DNA of 32,000 nt, from contig CAZHYN010000005.1 of assembly GCA_964536865.1 (NCBI GenBank), forward strand, positions 1-32,000, read 5' to 3'. Below, in pieces: positions 1-9,346 of the stretch. The stretch comes from an uncultured Planctomycetia bacterium (lineage in GTDB: Bacteria; Omnitrophota; Gorgyraeia; Duberdicusellales; 4484-171). Numbering within the stretch: position 1 is the stretch's first letter; each line of letters starts with the position of its first letter. The position numbers and the translations under genes were made by a program. The notes under the pieces were generated by a model. The model saw nothing but the letters and a program-made list of their open reading frames with translations, was not told where the DNA came from and ran no database searches.

Positions 1-95
1 ACGACGTTGCGGCTGAAGGGAGCAATGTCCCGAAGGGTAAGGGCAAAGCCCGCAGCGTATATGCTGTGTTAGGCAATGCCGCCGGGCCAACAGAT
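1..95. other. GC-rich segment, probably the end of a structured RNA or element cut by the window edge; identity not established
   Basis: Bases 1-95 are visibly much more GC-rich than the flanking AT-rich DNA. They contain hairpin-capable runs (cccgaaggg; gcccg...cgggc) and no credible ORF. The same composition contrast marks the rRNA and tRNA genes here. Confidence 0.2.
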
Positions 96-99
96 AATA

Positions 100-534
100 T
101 TACAGGCTCCTTAGAAAATACCAAGCTACCACTCCTACTAAAATGAATACCACACCAGTTACCCTTGCAATCTTCACCGCAGTCTTTGGTGCAGGATGAG
201 CTATATTTATTGTGGCTGGGAAAATGATAAGATTCAGTCCTATCATTACTCCCATGAAAAGATAACCTAACGCACCTTTATCTTCTTGAAACCGCATAAA
301 TAAAAGAACCTCGCCAATCACCAAAGCAAATATATACCAAGCAATAGAAAGTTTCAGATATTTATGGATGTAATTGACGAAACTTTCAAGTTGTCGTTCG
401 CAATCATCACTACAAATGAAACCATAAACCTTTTGTTTTCGATATTCCACGGTATGCGGCTTCATGTTTTCCTTTTTGCTCCCGCACCAAAGGCACTTGT
501 TCACTGTCATTTCTATTGTATGTTTTTTACCCAT
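100..534 (-). CDS. hypothetical zinc-ribbon membrane protein
   Basis: ORF 100..603. The ATG at 534 (MGKKH...) is preceded by a GGAGGG Shine-Dalgarno. CxxC...CxxxC cysteines are followed by about three hydrophobic helices. Confidence 0.55.
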   Translation of the reverse strand: MGKKHTIEMTVNKCLWCGSKKENMKPHTVEYRKQKVYGFICSDDCERQLESFVNYIHKYLKLSIAWYIFALVIGEVLLFMRFQEDKGALGYLFMGVMIGLNLIIFPATINIAHPAPKTAVKIARVTGVVFILVGVVAWYFLRSL

Positions 535-944
535 AATTCTTCCCTCCCCGCGATTTTGCATAACGTAGTTATATCCGTACTCTTGGTGCTGATATGGTGC
601 CATTTTGGGGTGATATTTGCACTTAGTGCTAATATGCTTCCTATAAGAATATCTTCATCAAAGAGATTTTGAAGTTTTGAAATCACCCCTTCACTATAAG
701 AAATTTCCCAGTATTTTTTCTCTGGGGTCCATCTTCTTCCAGAAATCGGTTTTATCTTCCTTATTAACTCTTGATTGTAAGGATTGCGAATTATAACCTT
801 ATCGTTTTCCCCAATTTCAATTTCCACAGCAAGGATTTCCCCTTTCCTTACAATTTTACCTGCCTGCGCAGGCAGACATTTTGTAAACATCTTTTGGGTC
901 ATTGTTTCTCTCACACCTTCCATTATAGTTTTAACCTTTTTCAA
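513..944 (-). pseudogene. tyrosine recombinase/integrase, N-terminal fragment only (relic)
   Basis: ...ILAVEIEIGENDKVIIRNPYNQELIRKIKPISGRRWTPEKKYWEISYS... resembles the small N-terminal domain found ahead of many XerC/D-like integrases. No core-binding or catalytic domain follows, and the frame decays into the next gene. Confidence 0.45.
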
Positions 945-1086
945 TATCTTACAGCAAAAAGAAAAAGCCAGTTTTAGTTTTTAAAAAATTTTTTTCAGGG
1001 TTAAATTGAACATCTCAATAGCTAAACTCTTATATAAATGCGCTAAAAAACCTGCACAAAAAGGTTGAACCTCTTTTTGTGCAAAA
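891..1086 (-). repeat. copy 1 of a duplicated segment (integrase 5' end + upstream region + terminator hairpin)
   Basis: Aligns by eye with 2144-2287: gggtcattRtttctctcaYacctt...taacctttttcaatat...cttacagcaaaaag...aaaaagccag...tgcacaaaaaggYtgaacctcttttgtgcaaaa. Confidence 0.7.
1044..1083 (-). terminator. rho-independent terminator candidate after ORF 1149..1661
   Basis: Minus-strand hairpin tgcacaaaaag-aggttcaac-ctttttgtgca followed by ggtttttt. Confidence 0.5.
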
Positions 1087-1148
1087 TTAAGTCCATCATT
1101 AGTAGAAGTCTTTTACACAGTGTTATCTGCTGTTGTGGGCAGTAAAAG

Positions 1149-1661
1149 TTAATACCTCCAATAGCTTGCATCTTTATCCTTGGCTGGGTTCTTAATCCCG
1201 CTGAATTTTCTCTCTGTCCATTTGATCTTCGGTGAATCGTTATCTATATAGTAACTTTTTCTTCCTGTAATTCCATATTCTTTAGGCCAAGCATAGCAGA
1301 ACCAAAAGTCCCCAAAAGAACAGACATTAAATAAATAGCCACCGATTTCACGCACAGTAGTCTTGGGAATTCTCGGATAAGCTAAAAAGATTTGCATAGT
1401 ATCAATTTCTTCAACATTGTAAGGAAAACGGTTGTTTTTTGCCTTAAACGCCTCGAATGCTTTATATATTCTATATAACATTTCCTTTGCCTTTTCTTCA
1501 TTTTCGCTTATTGACTGGGTATTTTGCTCGATATTCTTTCTATCTGAACCTGTAATCTTATGTTGGCTCAAATTATATAAGCCAATTCCCAGAATAACTA
1601 TAATTGCTCCTATCAATGAAAAAATACCTATTTTATTAATTAGTTTTCTTGCCTTGCTCAT
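1149..1661 (-). CDS. hypothetical membrane-anchored protein
   Basis: ORF 1149..1691, whose track start is a TTG. The first ATG is at 1661 (MSKARK...). One N-terminal TM helix, then a soluble domain. Confidence 0.5.
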   Translation of the reverse strand: MSKARKLINKIGIFSLIGAIIVILGIGLYNLSQHKITGSDRKNIEQNTQSISENEEKAKEMLYRIYKAFEAFKAKNNRFPYNVEEIDTMQIFLAYPRIPKTTVREIGGYLFNVCSFGDFWFCYAWPKEYGITGRKSYYIDNDSPKIKWTERKFSGIKNPAKDKDASYWRY

Positions 1662-1887
1662 TGCTTGGAATTTTGGTAAATATCCCAACAATCAAAAGCA
1701 CACCTACCGCTACCAAAATAGCCGCTATTAAATACCGCACATTATGCCAAAACCAAAGATAAGCGGTCGAATGTCTGGGAGTTAAAAGCAGGGGTTCAAC
1801 AAATATTGCCCCTAAAATTCCTACTAATATAAGAACGCAACCAGTGACTATAAATTTTTTCTTTACCCTATTTTCAAAAGACTCCAT
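1636..1887 (-). CDS. hypothetical small membrane protein
   Basis: ORF with strong RBS (aaagaggagaaaaactATG) and two to three hydrophobic helices. Confidence 0.55.
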   Translation of the reverse strand: MESFENRVKKKFIVTGCVLILVGILGAIFVEPLLLTPRHSTAYLWFWHNVRYLIAAILVAVGVLLIVGIFTKIPSNEQGKKTN

Positions 1888-2143
1888 AGTTTTTCTCCTC
1901 TTTAATTACTGGCCACAATTTTTAATACACAACTGTTATGATAAGGACTAAATCTTTTTTAGAATCAATTGGCTTGCCACAATAGCTACAAATAATGTTA
2001 TGCTCCATAATATCCTCCAATAATTGTCAGGCAAGCATGGCGTATAACTTCTCCATTCCAGAACTGTTCGGATGCATTGCCAAATAAAAAAGAATATGCA
2101 AACAGTCCGCATATACCCCTCTGGAGGGCTATTTTTGCCGACA

Positions 2144-2287
2144 CCTTCTGGGTCATTATTTCTCTCATACCTTTCATATAGTCTTAACCTTTTTCAATAT
2201 TATATAATAACTTACAGCAAAAAGATAACAAAAAGCCAGCTTTAAAAAATTTTGCACAAAAAAGGCTGAACCTCTTTTGTGCAAAAA
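2144..2287 (-). repeat. copy 2 of the duplicated integrase-5'-end/terminator segment
   Basis: Aligns with 891-1086. It encodes only MKGMREIMTQK... (compare MEGVRETMTQK... in copy 1) before diverging. Confidence 0.7.
2241..2283 (-). terminator. rho-independent terminator candidate
   Basis: Minus-strand hairpin tgcacaaaagagg-ttca-gccttttttgtgca followed by aaatttttt. Paralog of the hairpin at 1053-1083. Confidence 0.45.
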
Positions 2288-2391
2288 GCCACTTCTCCGA
2301 AATTCACAAAAATAAAAAAGTTGCTAAAAGTAAAAATACAAATTTCTTATTATTTGATGTTTTCATATATATTACCTCCTGAATCTGCTAA

Positions 2392-2745
2392 CTAAAGGTT
2401 TATTCCTTTAAATCTCTTGACTATTATTTCTTTTTCCTTTCGATAAAAAATTAAAAATAAAACAAGAAATACCAAATGGCCTAAGGTAGTTGGAGTATCT
2501 CCTATATTTAAGTTGAAATAATCAAAAATTTTGATTCCACCAATAAAAAGAATATAAAAAAATGTAATCAAATAGAATTTACACTTTGTTAATAAAAAAA
2601 TCCAATATGTCAAAATTCCAAAGAAGGTAAGGAATATTACTCCCCAGGGAAAAAACCTTTGTGAAATCACTCGTATAATGAATGAAAATATACCTAATAA
2701 AAACAGAGCCCAAAATAGATATTTTTTTCTCATATGGATTTTCAT
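2392..2745 (-). CDS. hypothetical polytopic membrane protein
   Basis: 117-aa ORF that is almost entirely hydrophobic helices. No strong RBS seen. Confidence 0.45.
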   Translation of the reverse strand: MKIHMRKKYLFWALFLLGIFSFIIRVISQRFFPWGVIFLTFFGILTYWIFLLTKCKFYLITFFYILFIGGIKIFDYFNLNIGDTPTTLGHLVFLVLFLIFYRKEKEIIVKRFKGINL

Positions 2746-3097
2746 ACTTTCATTAATTAGTAATGGTTGAATGCAAAATAAAAATGAGCAGCTAACTTTT
2801 GAAGTTTTTCTTTCGACCTTTGATTAAGTTCAAAAGATAATTTTTTAATCATTTTTAATTTTTGTTCTCTTTCATAAATGTAAAGTATTTCTTGTTTAAG
2901 ACTTTATTCTGCTAAGACAAAGTAGTGTTTTCTTTTTCATCGCCACATTCTGTTTTCTATAGATCGATTTCATATAACAGCTGGCGAACAAAAAAATTGC
3001 CAAAGATAATTTGGAGAAATTTTTCCCTGCTTGCGGGCAGAGGATAGGTAAAGATTTCTCTTTTATCCGTCATTAAGCGACAGTTGTGCTGATTTTC

Positions 3098-3394
3098 TTA
3101 TGATTTCGACGCTATTTCTAAAAAGATTCTTGATACAAGGCCTAATACAACAGCTAATATGTTTAAGGAAATTATTTTCCATCCCGACTTCTGTTTAACC
3201 CCATAGAAGGTGCCAATAATCCCGAATGTTATTGCTACTATGCTACATCCCTTTCCAAAGATAAAGAAGGAAATTACAGCAGAAATTAATCCTAATTTTG
3301 CTGTCCATTTAGGATCTTTAAATTTAGCCCATCTATCAAGCTTTTGTTGATTGTTCTGGTAGTTCTCCATATAAGTAATCTTCCCCTTTGTCAT
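3098..3394 (-). CDS. hypothetical small membrane protein
   Basis: 98-aa ORF with two TM helices. Its start overlaps the stop of the upstream ORF (3391-3394). Confidence 0.5.
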   Translation of the reverse strand: MTKGKITYMENYQNNQQKLDRWAKFKDPKWTAKLGLISAVISFFIFGKGCSIVAITFGIIGTFYGVKQKSGWKIISLNILAVVLGLVSRIFLEIASKS

Positions 3395-4056
3395 CTAAGT
3401 TTAAAACTATTTATGGCTTCTTCAAAATATTTGCGATTATCAGCAAAATTTCCAGGTTCATCATATGCACTTAAATGATAACAAATTCCGTTCTTCAAGA
3501 AAAAATATCCTAATGTTCTATACTCCTCACCAGTAAAAGAATCTATTCCTTCATATTCTACCCTAATAGCCTTTCTACCGTTTAATTCAATTTCCTTAGG
3601 CGACTCAATAAAACAAAAATTCTTAAGCGACCATTTTGCTGTATCAAGGGAGGTATTTACGTAATCCCATACTGTTGGCTCCGTTCCTTTAAAGATAACA
3701 TTGGCAGGATTTTCAATTGTAAGAGTAACTTCAGGGTTTGATTTTACAGAACGGACAGGATATTTAAAAAAGCTTAACTGTAAACCAAAGGGACATTTTT
3801 CTCTTAAAAACTGCCTTAGTAAATTGTAAACCTCTGATTCTCGTTCTTTATTTTTTAGCCATGCTTCAAGAATTGTCCATTCTTTGGGTTTCTCCATATG
3901 CCATCCCTCTGGCCCTTGAATGCTAAATCCTAACTTTTCATTCGCATAAAGATTTCCTTCTGCTACAACTTCTTGATTACTTAAACCTGGAAGAACTAAC
4001 CCAATAGCCAAAGAAAAAAATAATAAAAATCTCCTGATTCTATTCATTCTTCTCAC
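3391..4056 (-). CDS. secreted hypothetical protein, possibly PsbP/DcrB-like fold
   Basis: N-terminal signal-like peptide (RRFLLFFSLAIGLVLPG). The GFSIQGPEGWHMEKP motif is typical of PsbP/DUF1795-like domains. Translationally coupled to both neighbours. Confidence 0.5.
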   Translation of the reverse strand: MRRMNRIRRFLLFFSLAIGLVLPGLSNQEVVAEGNLYANEKLGFSIQGPEGWHMEKPKEWTILEAWLKNKERESEVYNLLRQFLREKCPFGLQLSFFKYPVRSVKSNPEVTLTIENPANVIFKGTEPTVWDYVNTSLDTAKWSLKNFCFIESPKEIELNGRKAIRVEYEGIDSFTGEEYRTLGYFFLKNGICYHLSAYDEPGNFADNRKYFEEAINSFKLR

Positions 4057-4466
4057 CTCCTCATCTCTCTAATTTCATCGACTAATTTAGAATAAGGATA
4101 ATAAGTTATATGATAGTATTTACCTTCTTCTATTTTAGGTTTTGTTCCACTATAACGGTATATAGTATTATCATTTTCAAAAGAGAATGTTTGGTAAGGA
4201 CCTTCGCGTGGAGCACCTCGATGTTGCCTTGCCCAAATTACCAATCCCTCTTTTTCGCACAAATGTCCACCACGAGTAATTGCAAAGAATTCATCTTTAA
4301 TACGGGGTAAAAGAACAAAGAAACAGATAAGCATAAGTATAACAATTAAAAAGCCATTTGCAAATAAATGTTTCTTATCAATGCCCCTGATGAGTAAAAC
4401 TGTCCACCATAACATGAAAATAGTTAATCCTGAAAGTACTATCAATCTAACCCAAGCTCCTATCAT
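4053..4466 (-). CDS. hypothetical membrane-anchored protein
   Basis: 137-aa ORF with RBS aaagga, two TM helices and a soluble C-terminal beta-rich region. Confidence 0.5.
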   Translation of the reverse strand: MIGAWVRLIVLSGLTIFMLWWTVLLIRGIDKKHLFANGFLIVILMLICFFVLLPRIKDEFFAITRGGHLCEKEGLVIWARQHRGAPREGPYQTFSFENDNTIYRYSGTKPKIEEGKYYHITYYPYSKLVDEIREMRR

Positions 4467-4484
4467 AATTTTTCCTTTTATCTT

Positions 4485-5023
4485 TTAGCTATAATAGCCA
4501 TCTTCATCTTCTCGAGGTGGCCAAAATTCCATAAAGAAGAAATTCTTGTTCCTTATTGTATTAGCAAACTTATCTATTAAATGTTCTGGGCAGAGATATT
4601 TGTATTCAGAGAATTCTCTTTGCTCTTGTATTGTATTGGACCATATCGTCCTGTATCTTTTATTACATCCAATGTAACCCAAGTAAATCTCATTAACTTA
4701 TTGCATTTAATACAGGTAGTATCTTGGGAAGGCAAAAAGCTTCTTAAAGGCTCAACCACAAACTTCTTTGCCTCTTCATCTACAAACTTAGTAAAAGAAT
4801 AGGCCTCTTCAAGCAAAGGCTCTACAAAAACAATCTTCCCTTTAAAGTTAAATAAATCTATTTTAAATTGCTTTAATAAGCAGTCAGTACCTAACATTCG
4901 AGGAGTATTATGTGTCTGATACTTATAGTAGGTGGAATTATACTTATGTAATTTTTGGAATTCTCTCTGGCAGGCTTGGCATAATTTTGGTTCAGGTTTT
5001 AAAAAATCAAAAAGCCCCATCAA
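4485..5023 (-). pseudogene. hypothetical Cys-rich cytoplasmic protein, apparently frameshifted
   Basis: ORFs 4577..5023 and 4485..4682 overlap in different frames. The downstream frame (EFSEYKYLCPEHLIDKF...) looks more protein-like than the tail of the first frame. Confidence 0.4.
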
Positions 5024-5200
5024 ATTCTCCTTTTGTCAAATGTAAAAGAAAAATTAGAGCAATTTCGCCCAACGTCTCAAGGCTAAAAGAAGTCTTAAGC
5101 AAAGCGAAAGATTTGGAGAAAATGATTTTATCATTTTCTCTTTTAGCCTTTGTTATCTGATGTTTTGGACGGCATAAAAACAGTAAAACTGTCCTTTCTC

Positions 5201-5644
5201 TTACCACAGCCTCTCTTCAATTCTTTTATCTATCACAACGCTGGGATTTCTCGATTTAATATCTCTAACCAGTTCCTCTTTCTTTTTTAATATGCCGAGA
5301 TTTATCTTTTGAATATTTCCATCAGTTGATTTTCCAATTACAAGCCAATATAAACCTGTTTTTCCTTTCTTGGCTTTTATTTCAGTAATATTATCCCAGG
5401 ATAGCTCAACATCTTTTATGAATGTCTTAAAATATACTGAATTTGCATCTGAAGAGACACTCACTCTTAATGACCTTAAAAAAGCTAATATACCTAAGAT
5501 TGAGATTATAATTAAAAATACTGCTCCAGACTTGTTTTCAATTCCAGGCACCAAGATAATAGCTAAAATACCTATAATAAACCAGAAAGTCATAAACCCT
5601 ATAATTATAGAGTAAATTTTTGTTGTAGAATAAATTCTCTTCAT
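5201..5644 (-). CDS. membrane protein with C-terminal PH-like domain (hypothetical)
   Basis: Two N-terminal TM helices. The C-terminal region (VYFKTFIKDVELSWDNITEIKAKK...) resembles bacterial PH domains. Confidence 0.5.
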   Translation of the reverse strand: MKRIYSTTKIYSIIIGFMTFWFIIGILAIILVPGIENKSGAVFLIIISILGILAFLRSLRVSVSSDANSVYFKTFIKDVELSWDNITEIKAKKGKTGLYWLVIGKSTDGNIQKINLGILKKKEELVRDIKSRNPSVVIDKRIEERLW

Positions 5645-5664
5645 TCTATTTTAAAACAAAATAT

Positions 5665-7326
5665 TTAATCTAATACTCCTTTCTTTTTTAACCAGTCCTC
5701 TAACCATCCAATCCTTCTGTGGTCTGGCGTTGCAGTATTTTTAGCCTTATTGAGCATCTCAATAGCTAAATTCTTATATAAAATGCGCCGAGGGTCTAAT
5801 TGTGGCCTCTGAAGATACAGTTGAGTATATGAGCGAGATAATTTACAGTAGGCATAGCAATTATCCGGACGTAACTTAACTGCCTCATTAAATTCTTTAA
5901 TTGCCTTTTCATAATCACCTACCTGAAAATAAAGATAACCTAAAAAATTGTGGCCAAAGACATCTTGTGGTTCTCTCTTCACATATTCTTTCATTTCCTT
6001 AATTGCGCTCTTATATTGATAGGCAGAATCTACATATTCTATAGCTAAATATTTATAGGGAAGTGGGCTTTGTGGGTTAAGTTGCTTAGCCTTTTTCAAA
6101 ATAGGTATCGTCCTGGGCCCCATCGAGGTAATGGTATATAATTTTCCTAATTCCATAACTATATTGAAATCATTAGGACTCCTCTTATAGGCCTCTTCTA
6201 ATCTGAGAATCTCCTCAGCTAATCTTTGATCATCTTCTATTTTATAAATATCTTCTCCTTCTAAAGGAATATCCTGACCTGTATAGTAGGGACAACGAGA
6301 TAAAAGGTCAATGTAGGGATAATTTGCCCTCTCTATACCCCAGTAAGGGCTTGGACCAAATCTAATATATTTACGTTGATGGACAATATCATATTTCCAC
6401 CCTCCGTTAGTTTTACAAAATAAAAATGGGGCGTTATCCCAACCTTCTTTATTACCAAAAAATATTACCGCGTAATTTTCGTTCTGAATAACTTCGTAGG
6501 GTTTGTTAGCATACTTTCGTATGCTTTTTTCAAATCGAGAATCAGGTAAATTCTGATAATCTCTATAGATAAGCTTGGTAAGTTCAGTATATACACCTAA
6601 ATAGGGAGTTCTTACTTTATCCCGCCAACTCTGGATTCTTATTTGCCAGGCTTCTTGAGGTGTTCTACCTGCAGGATATTTACTACCAACATCCTTTATT
6701 TTCTCTTTTTTAAATTTTGATAAATCCCTCTTTGCTCCTGCTCCTCCTGAAAGCAGTTCTCTATCCAACTGTAAAATTATATCAACAGTATAATCTCCCT
6801 TGCTTTTAATTTGCGCCCGGTTTTCTAACCCCTCCATAACCGCTAACATACCTATACCCAATTGTCCTCCTAAAAAATAAGGCCTTAATTGTAAATCTTC
6901 AATATAACCACAAAATGCATCGGTAAAGACATCCTCCAGCTCATAGGAAACTTCTAATTTTACCTGTTTTTCTCTATCCGCCAATAAAAGCACAATGCCT
7001 CTTCCTGCACATTTCTCTCCAATTTTCCAATTGTTGAGCAACTTAACTGCTACCTCCTCAATAGTTTCTCCCCTATTCAGAGAGGGTATGGTTACAATTA
7101 CTGCTTCTATGCCAAAATTCTCTCTTATTCTCTTAAGATAATTATGAGTATATTCAGAGACCCCTTCTAAAATTCGGGCATAATCGTAAACATAAACTTC
7201 CTTTGATGGCCGCTGCCTATAGTCTATCTTTAAATCCTTGAAAGAAAATTTATAATATACAAACCAGCCCGCAATAACCAATAATAAAATTCCCAGTAAG
7301 ACTAATATAAAATTTTTTCTACTCAT
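5665..7326 (-). CDS. TPM-domain protein with central domain and C-terminal TPR repeats, N-terminal membrane anchor
   Basis: YVYDYARILEG...GIEAVIVTIPSL...GIVLLLADREKQVKLEVSYELE matches the TPM (TLP18.3/Psb32/MOLO-1) domain. The C-terminus has TPR-like repeats (GDYEKAIKEFNEAVKLRPDN). Confidence 0.75.
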   Translation of the reverse strand: MSRKNFILVLLGILLLVIAGWFVYYKFSFKDLKIDYRQRPSKEVYVYDYARILEGVSEYTHNYLKRIRENFGIEAVIVTIPSLNRGETIEEVAVKLLNNWKIGEKCAGRGIVLLLADREKQVKLEVSYELEDVFTDAFCGYIEDLQLRPYFLGGQLGIGMLAVMEGLENRAQIKSKGDYTVDIILQLDRELLSGGAGAKRDLSKFKKEKIKDVGSKYPAGRTPQEAWQIRIQSWRDKVRTPYLGVYTELTKLIYRDYQNLPDSRFEKSIRKYANKPYEVIQNENYAVIFFGNKEGWDNAPFLFCKTNGGWKYDIVHQRKYIRFGPSPYWGIERANYPYIDLLSRCPYYTGQDIPLEGEDIYKIEDDQRLAEEILRLEEAYKRSPNDFNIVMELGKLYTITSMGPRTIPILKKAKQLNPQSPLPYKYLAIEYVDSAYQYKSAIKEMKEYVKREPQDVFGHNFLGYLYFQVGDYEKAIKEFNEAVKLRPDNCYAYCKLSRSYTQLYLQRPQLDPRRILYKNLAIEMLNKAKNTATPDHRRIGWLEDWLKKKGVLD

Positions 7327-7355
7327 TCTAAGTCTTTATCTTTTATCTCATAAAA

Positions 7356-8996
7356 TTATTTGTTTTCCTCCTCTATTGTGTGAAGCATATCTGTGGCATA
7401 TTCATTGGCTGGGTCTAATTCTAAAACTTTCTTAAACCATCTTTTAGCTTTTTGGTAATCCCCTTTCCAATCATAAAGATAGCCTATCCAGTTATAACCA
7501 TAAATTTTCTTTCCAGAAACTCTGATATACTTCTTCATATACTCAACAGCCTTATCGAATTTGCCCATTCTTGTATAACAGATAGCAACATAAAAGTAAC
7601 CGTTGGCATCAGAAGGTGCAAGTTCAGTATATTTTTTAAGATATTCTAAAGCAGTTTTTGGTGAACAGAAATTATCTCGATTAATCAATCCTAAGTATCT
7701 ATAGGCACGGGCATCTTTTGGATTTAGTTTTATTGCTTTTTTAAAAAGAGGAACTGCCTCTTTGGCAACGCATAAATCAAAAAATATTTCCCCTAAGGAG
7801 ATTATAGTTTCAAAATCATCAGGGTTTTCTTTTAACCTTTCTTTATATAAGTTTATATAATAATCGTAATTGCTTCTTACTGAAGAAAACTTTCCAAAAT
7901 CATCATAGAAATGATAATCCCAGACATATTTAGAATACTGATTATTTTCAAAGGCAAACATATAAGGGTGGCTGTCGCCGCCGATAAACCAATCATTATT
8001 TTGATTATACCTTACCCATTTGCCCATACTTAAAATATCTACCTGCCAACCTTTATCTGTTCTCTTCATAAACATTGGCCCTTCTTTTCTACTACCTGGA
8101 TATAAAACTACAGCATAATCTCCCTTCACTTTAATCTCATAAGGCCTTGAATACCTTCGATATAAATCTCTGCATAAGGCTTTACTTGATTTAGGAATAC
8201 TTCTCATAAGCACCCTTGATTCTTCGGTGTACATCTCTAAGGCAGGGTCACTAATACATTTTTTAATTTTCTCCATCCACCTCTTAAGAAGTTCTTCAGG
8301 TGTGCTTTGAGCAGAAAAATATCTTTTTTCTTCCTCTGATAACTCTTCTCTTTGAGCCAACTCTCCTATTTTTACCCTTCTTTTTATACCTGCACCTGCT
8401 GATAAATACCCTTCCATTTTTCTTCTAATCTCCTCATCTGTTAGCCTTCCTTCAGCTCTTCCAATGAACTCCTCTCTTGTTGCAGAAAGCCCTTCATCTA
8501 CCTGGTTATTTTCAAAATATGGTTTAAGTTGCTTTCTTTCAATATATCCACAGAAAAGGTCAGTAAAAATACCTTCTACTCCATAACCAACCTCTACCTT
8601 TATAAGTTTTTCTTTATCGGATAAAAGCAGAAGAATTCCTTTGCCCTGGTTATCTCTTCCTATATTCCAGCTGGTAAACATACAAGATGCAACCTCACTG
8701 ATACTTTTCCCCTCTAAAGAAGGAATAGTTACAATAAGCATCTCAATTCCATATTTTTCTTTAAAATACTTCAGGTGCTCTTCCATATTTTCCTTAGTAT
8801 ATTTTAGAAGGTGGGCATAATCAAACACATACTCTTTTTTAGAAGGCCGCCGTTTAATAATTTTTTCTAAATCAAACCTCTCTTTATTAAATATTCCACA
8901 ACCTACCAAAAATATTAAAGATAAAAATACAATTCTTTCTGAGGTCTTCTTATATACCATTATAAGAGATTTACATTTAGTTTTTTTACCTTCCAT
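7356..8996 (-). CDS. TPM-domain lipoprotein with C-terminal TPR repeats (paralog of 5665..7326)
   Basis: Same architecture as the paralog. Lipobox-like LVGC in the signal region, and a GGGAGG RBS before the ATG at 8996. Confidence 0.75.
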   Translation of the reverse strand: MEGKKTKCKSLIMVYKKTSERIVFLSLIFLVGCGIFNKERFDLEKIIKRRPSKKEYVFDYAHLLKYTKENMEEHLKYFKEKYGIEMLIVTIPSLEGKSISEVASCMFTSWNIGRDNQGKGILLLLSDKEKLIKVEVGYGVEGIFTDLFCGYIERKQLKPYFENNQVDEGLSATREEFIGRAEGRLTDEEIRRKMEGYLSAGAGIKRRVKIGELAQREELSEEEKRYFSAQSTPEELLKRWMEKIKKCISDPALEMYTEESRVLMRSIPKSSKALCRDLYRRYSRPYEIKVKGDYAVVLYPGSRKEGPMFMKRTDKGWQVDILSMGKWVRYNQNNDWFIGGDSHPYMFAFENNQYSKYVWDYHFYDDFGKFSSVRSNYDYYINLYKERLKENPDDFETIISLGEIFFDLCVAKEAVPLFKKAIKLNPKDARAYRYLGLINRDNFCSPKTALEYLKKYTELAPSDANGYFYVAICYTRMGKFDKAVEYMKKYIRVSGKKIYGYNWIGYLYDWKGDYQKAKRWFKKVLELDPANEYATDMLHTIEEENK

Positions 8997-9079
8997 TTTA
9001 TTCCTCCCTATTGTTCCCGGCCAACTGAAATAAAAATTTACAATGTAACCTCCAGTCCACCATTAGAGACAGTGTGAAT

Positions 9080-9331
9080 TTACATTAATGTCAAGGCATC
9101 TTCCAGTATCTCTTTCAACTTCTGCACACCCATTTTATCAAATTCAAAATATCTAACGCTTGCGCCAAGAAAAGCTGTAACACTTTCTTTTATTATAATT
9201 CTTTTTTTATTTTGCCTTTCAGTTAGTAAAACACTATGTCTAATTCCTATTCGATGTTCATCAATTACTCCGTAATCTTTGATTGTTTTGCCTGTAAAAA
9301 GAACCTCTTCTGCTCTTTTGAAAATACCCAT
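9080..9331 (-). CDS. hypothetical small protein
   Basis: 83-aa ORF placed between lemA and the TPM genes. No recognisable motif. Confidence 0.4.
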   Translation of the reverse strand: MGIFKRAEEVLFTGKTIKDYGVIDEHRIGIRHSVLLTERQNKKRIIIKESVTAFLGASVRYFEFDKMGVQKLKEILEDALTLM

Positions 9332-9346
9332 TACGCTCCCCTCCTC

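Noticed and set aside
1-95. Attempts to name the left-edge GC-rich stub as SRP RNA, RNase P RNA, tmRNA, a cobalamin/ZTP/c-di-GMP riboswitch or group II intron domain V.
   Set aside because: Only fragmentary resemblances (GUCCCGAAGG, GCAAAGCC, CCGCAACGU). The diagnostic cores (GGAA tetraloop context, ACAGAAnCCGGCUUA, T-arm, B12 box, AGC/GNRA D5) are absent.
1922-2008. 28-codon ORF (MEHNIICSYCGKPIDSKKDLVLIITVVY) with a GGAGGA RBS between the integrase-relic copy 2 and ORF 1636..1887.
   Set aside because: It is too short to support without conservation data. It is noted as possible but not annotated.
4912-5207. ORFs 4912..5160(+) and 5007..5207(-) in the gap between two minus-strand genes.
   Set aside because: No RBS and no recognisable features, and they overlap each other. 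They are more likely a promoter or intergenic region for the 4577..5023 gene. Left unannotated.
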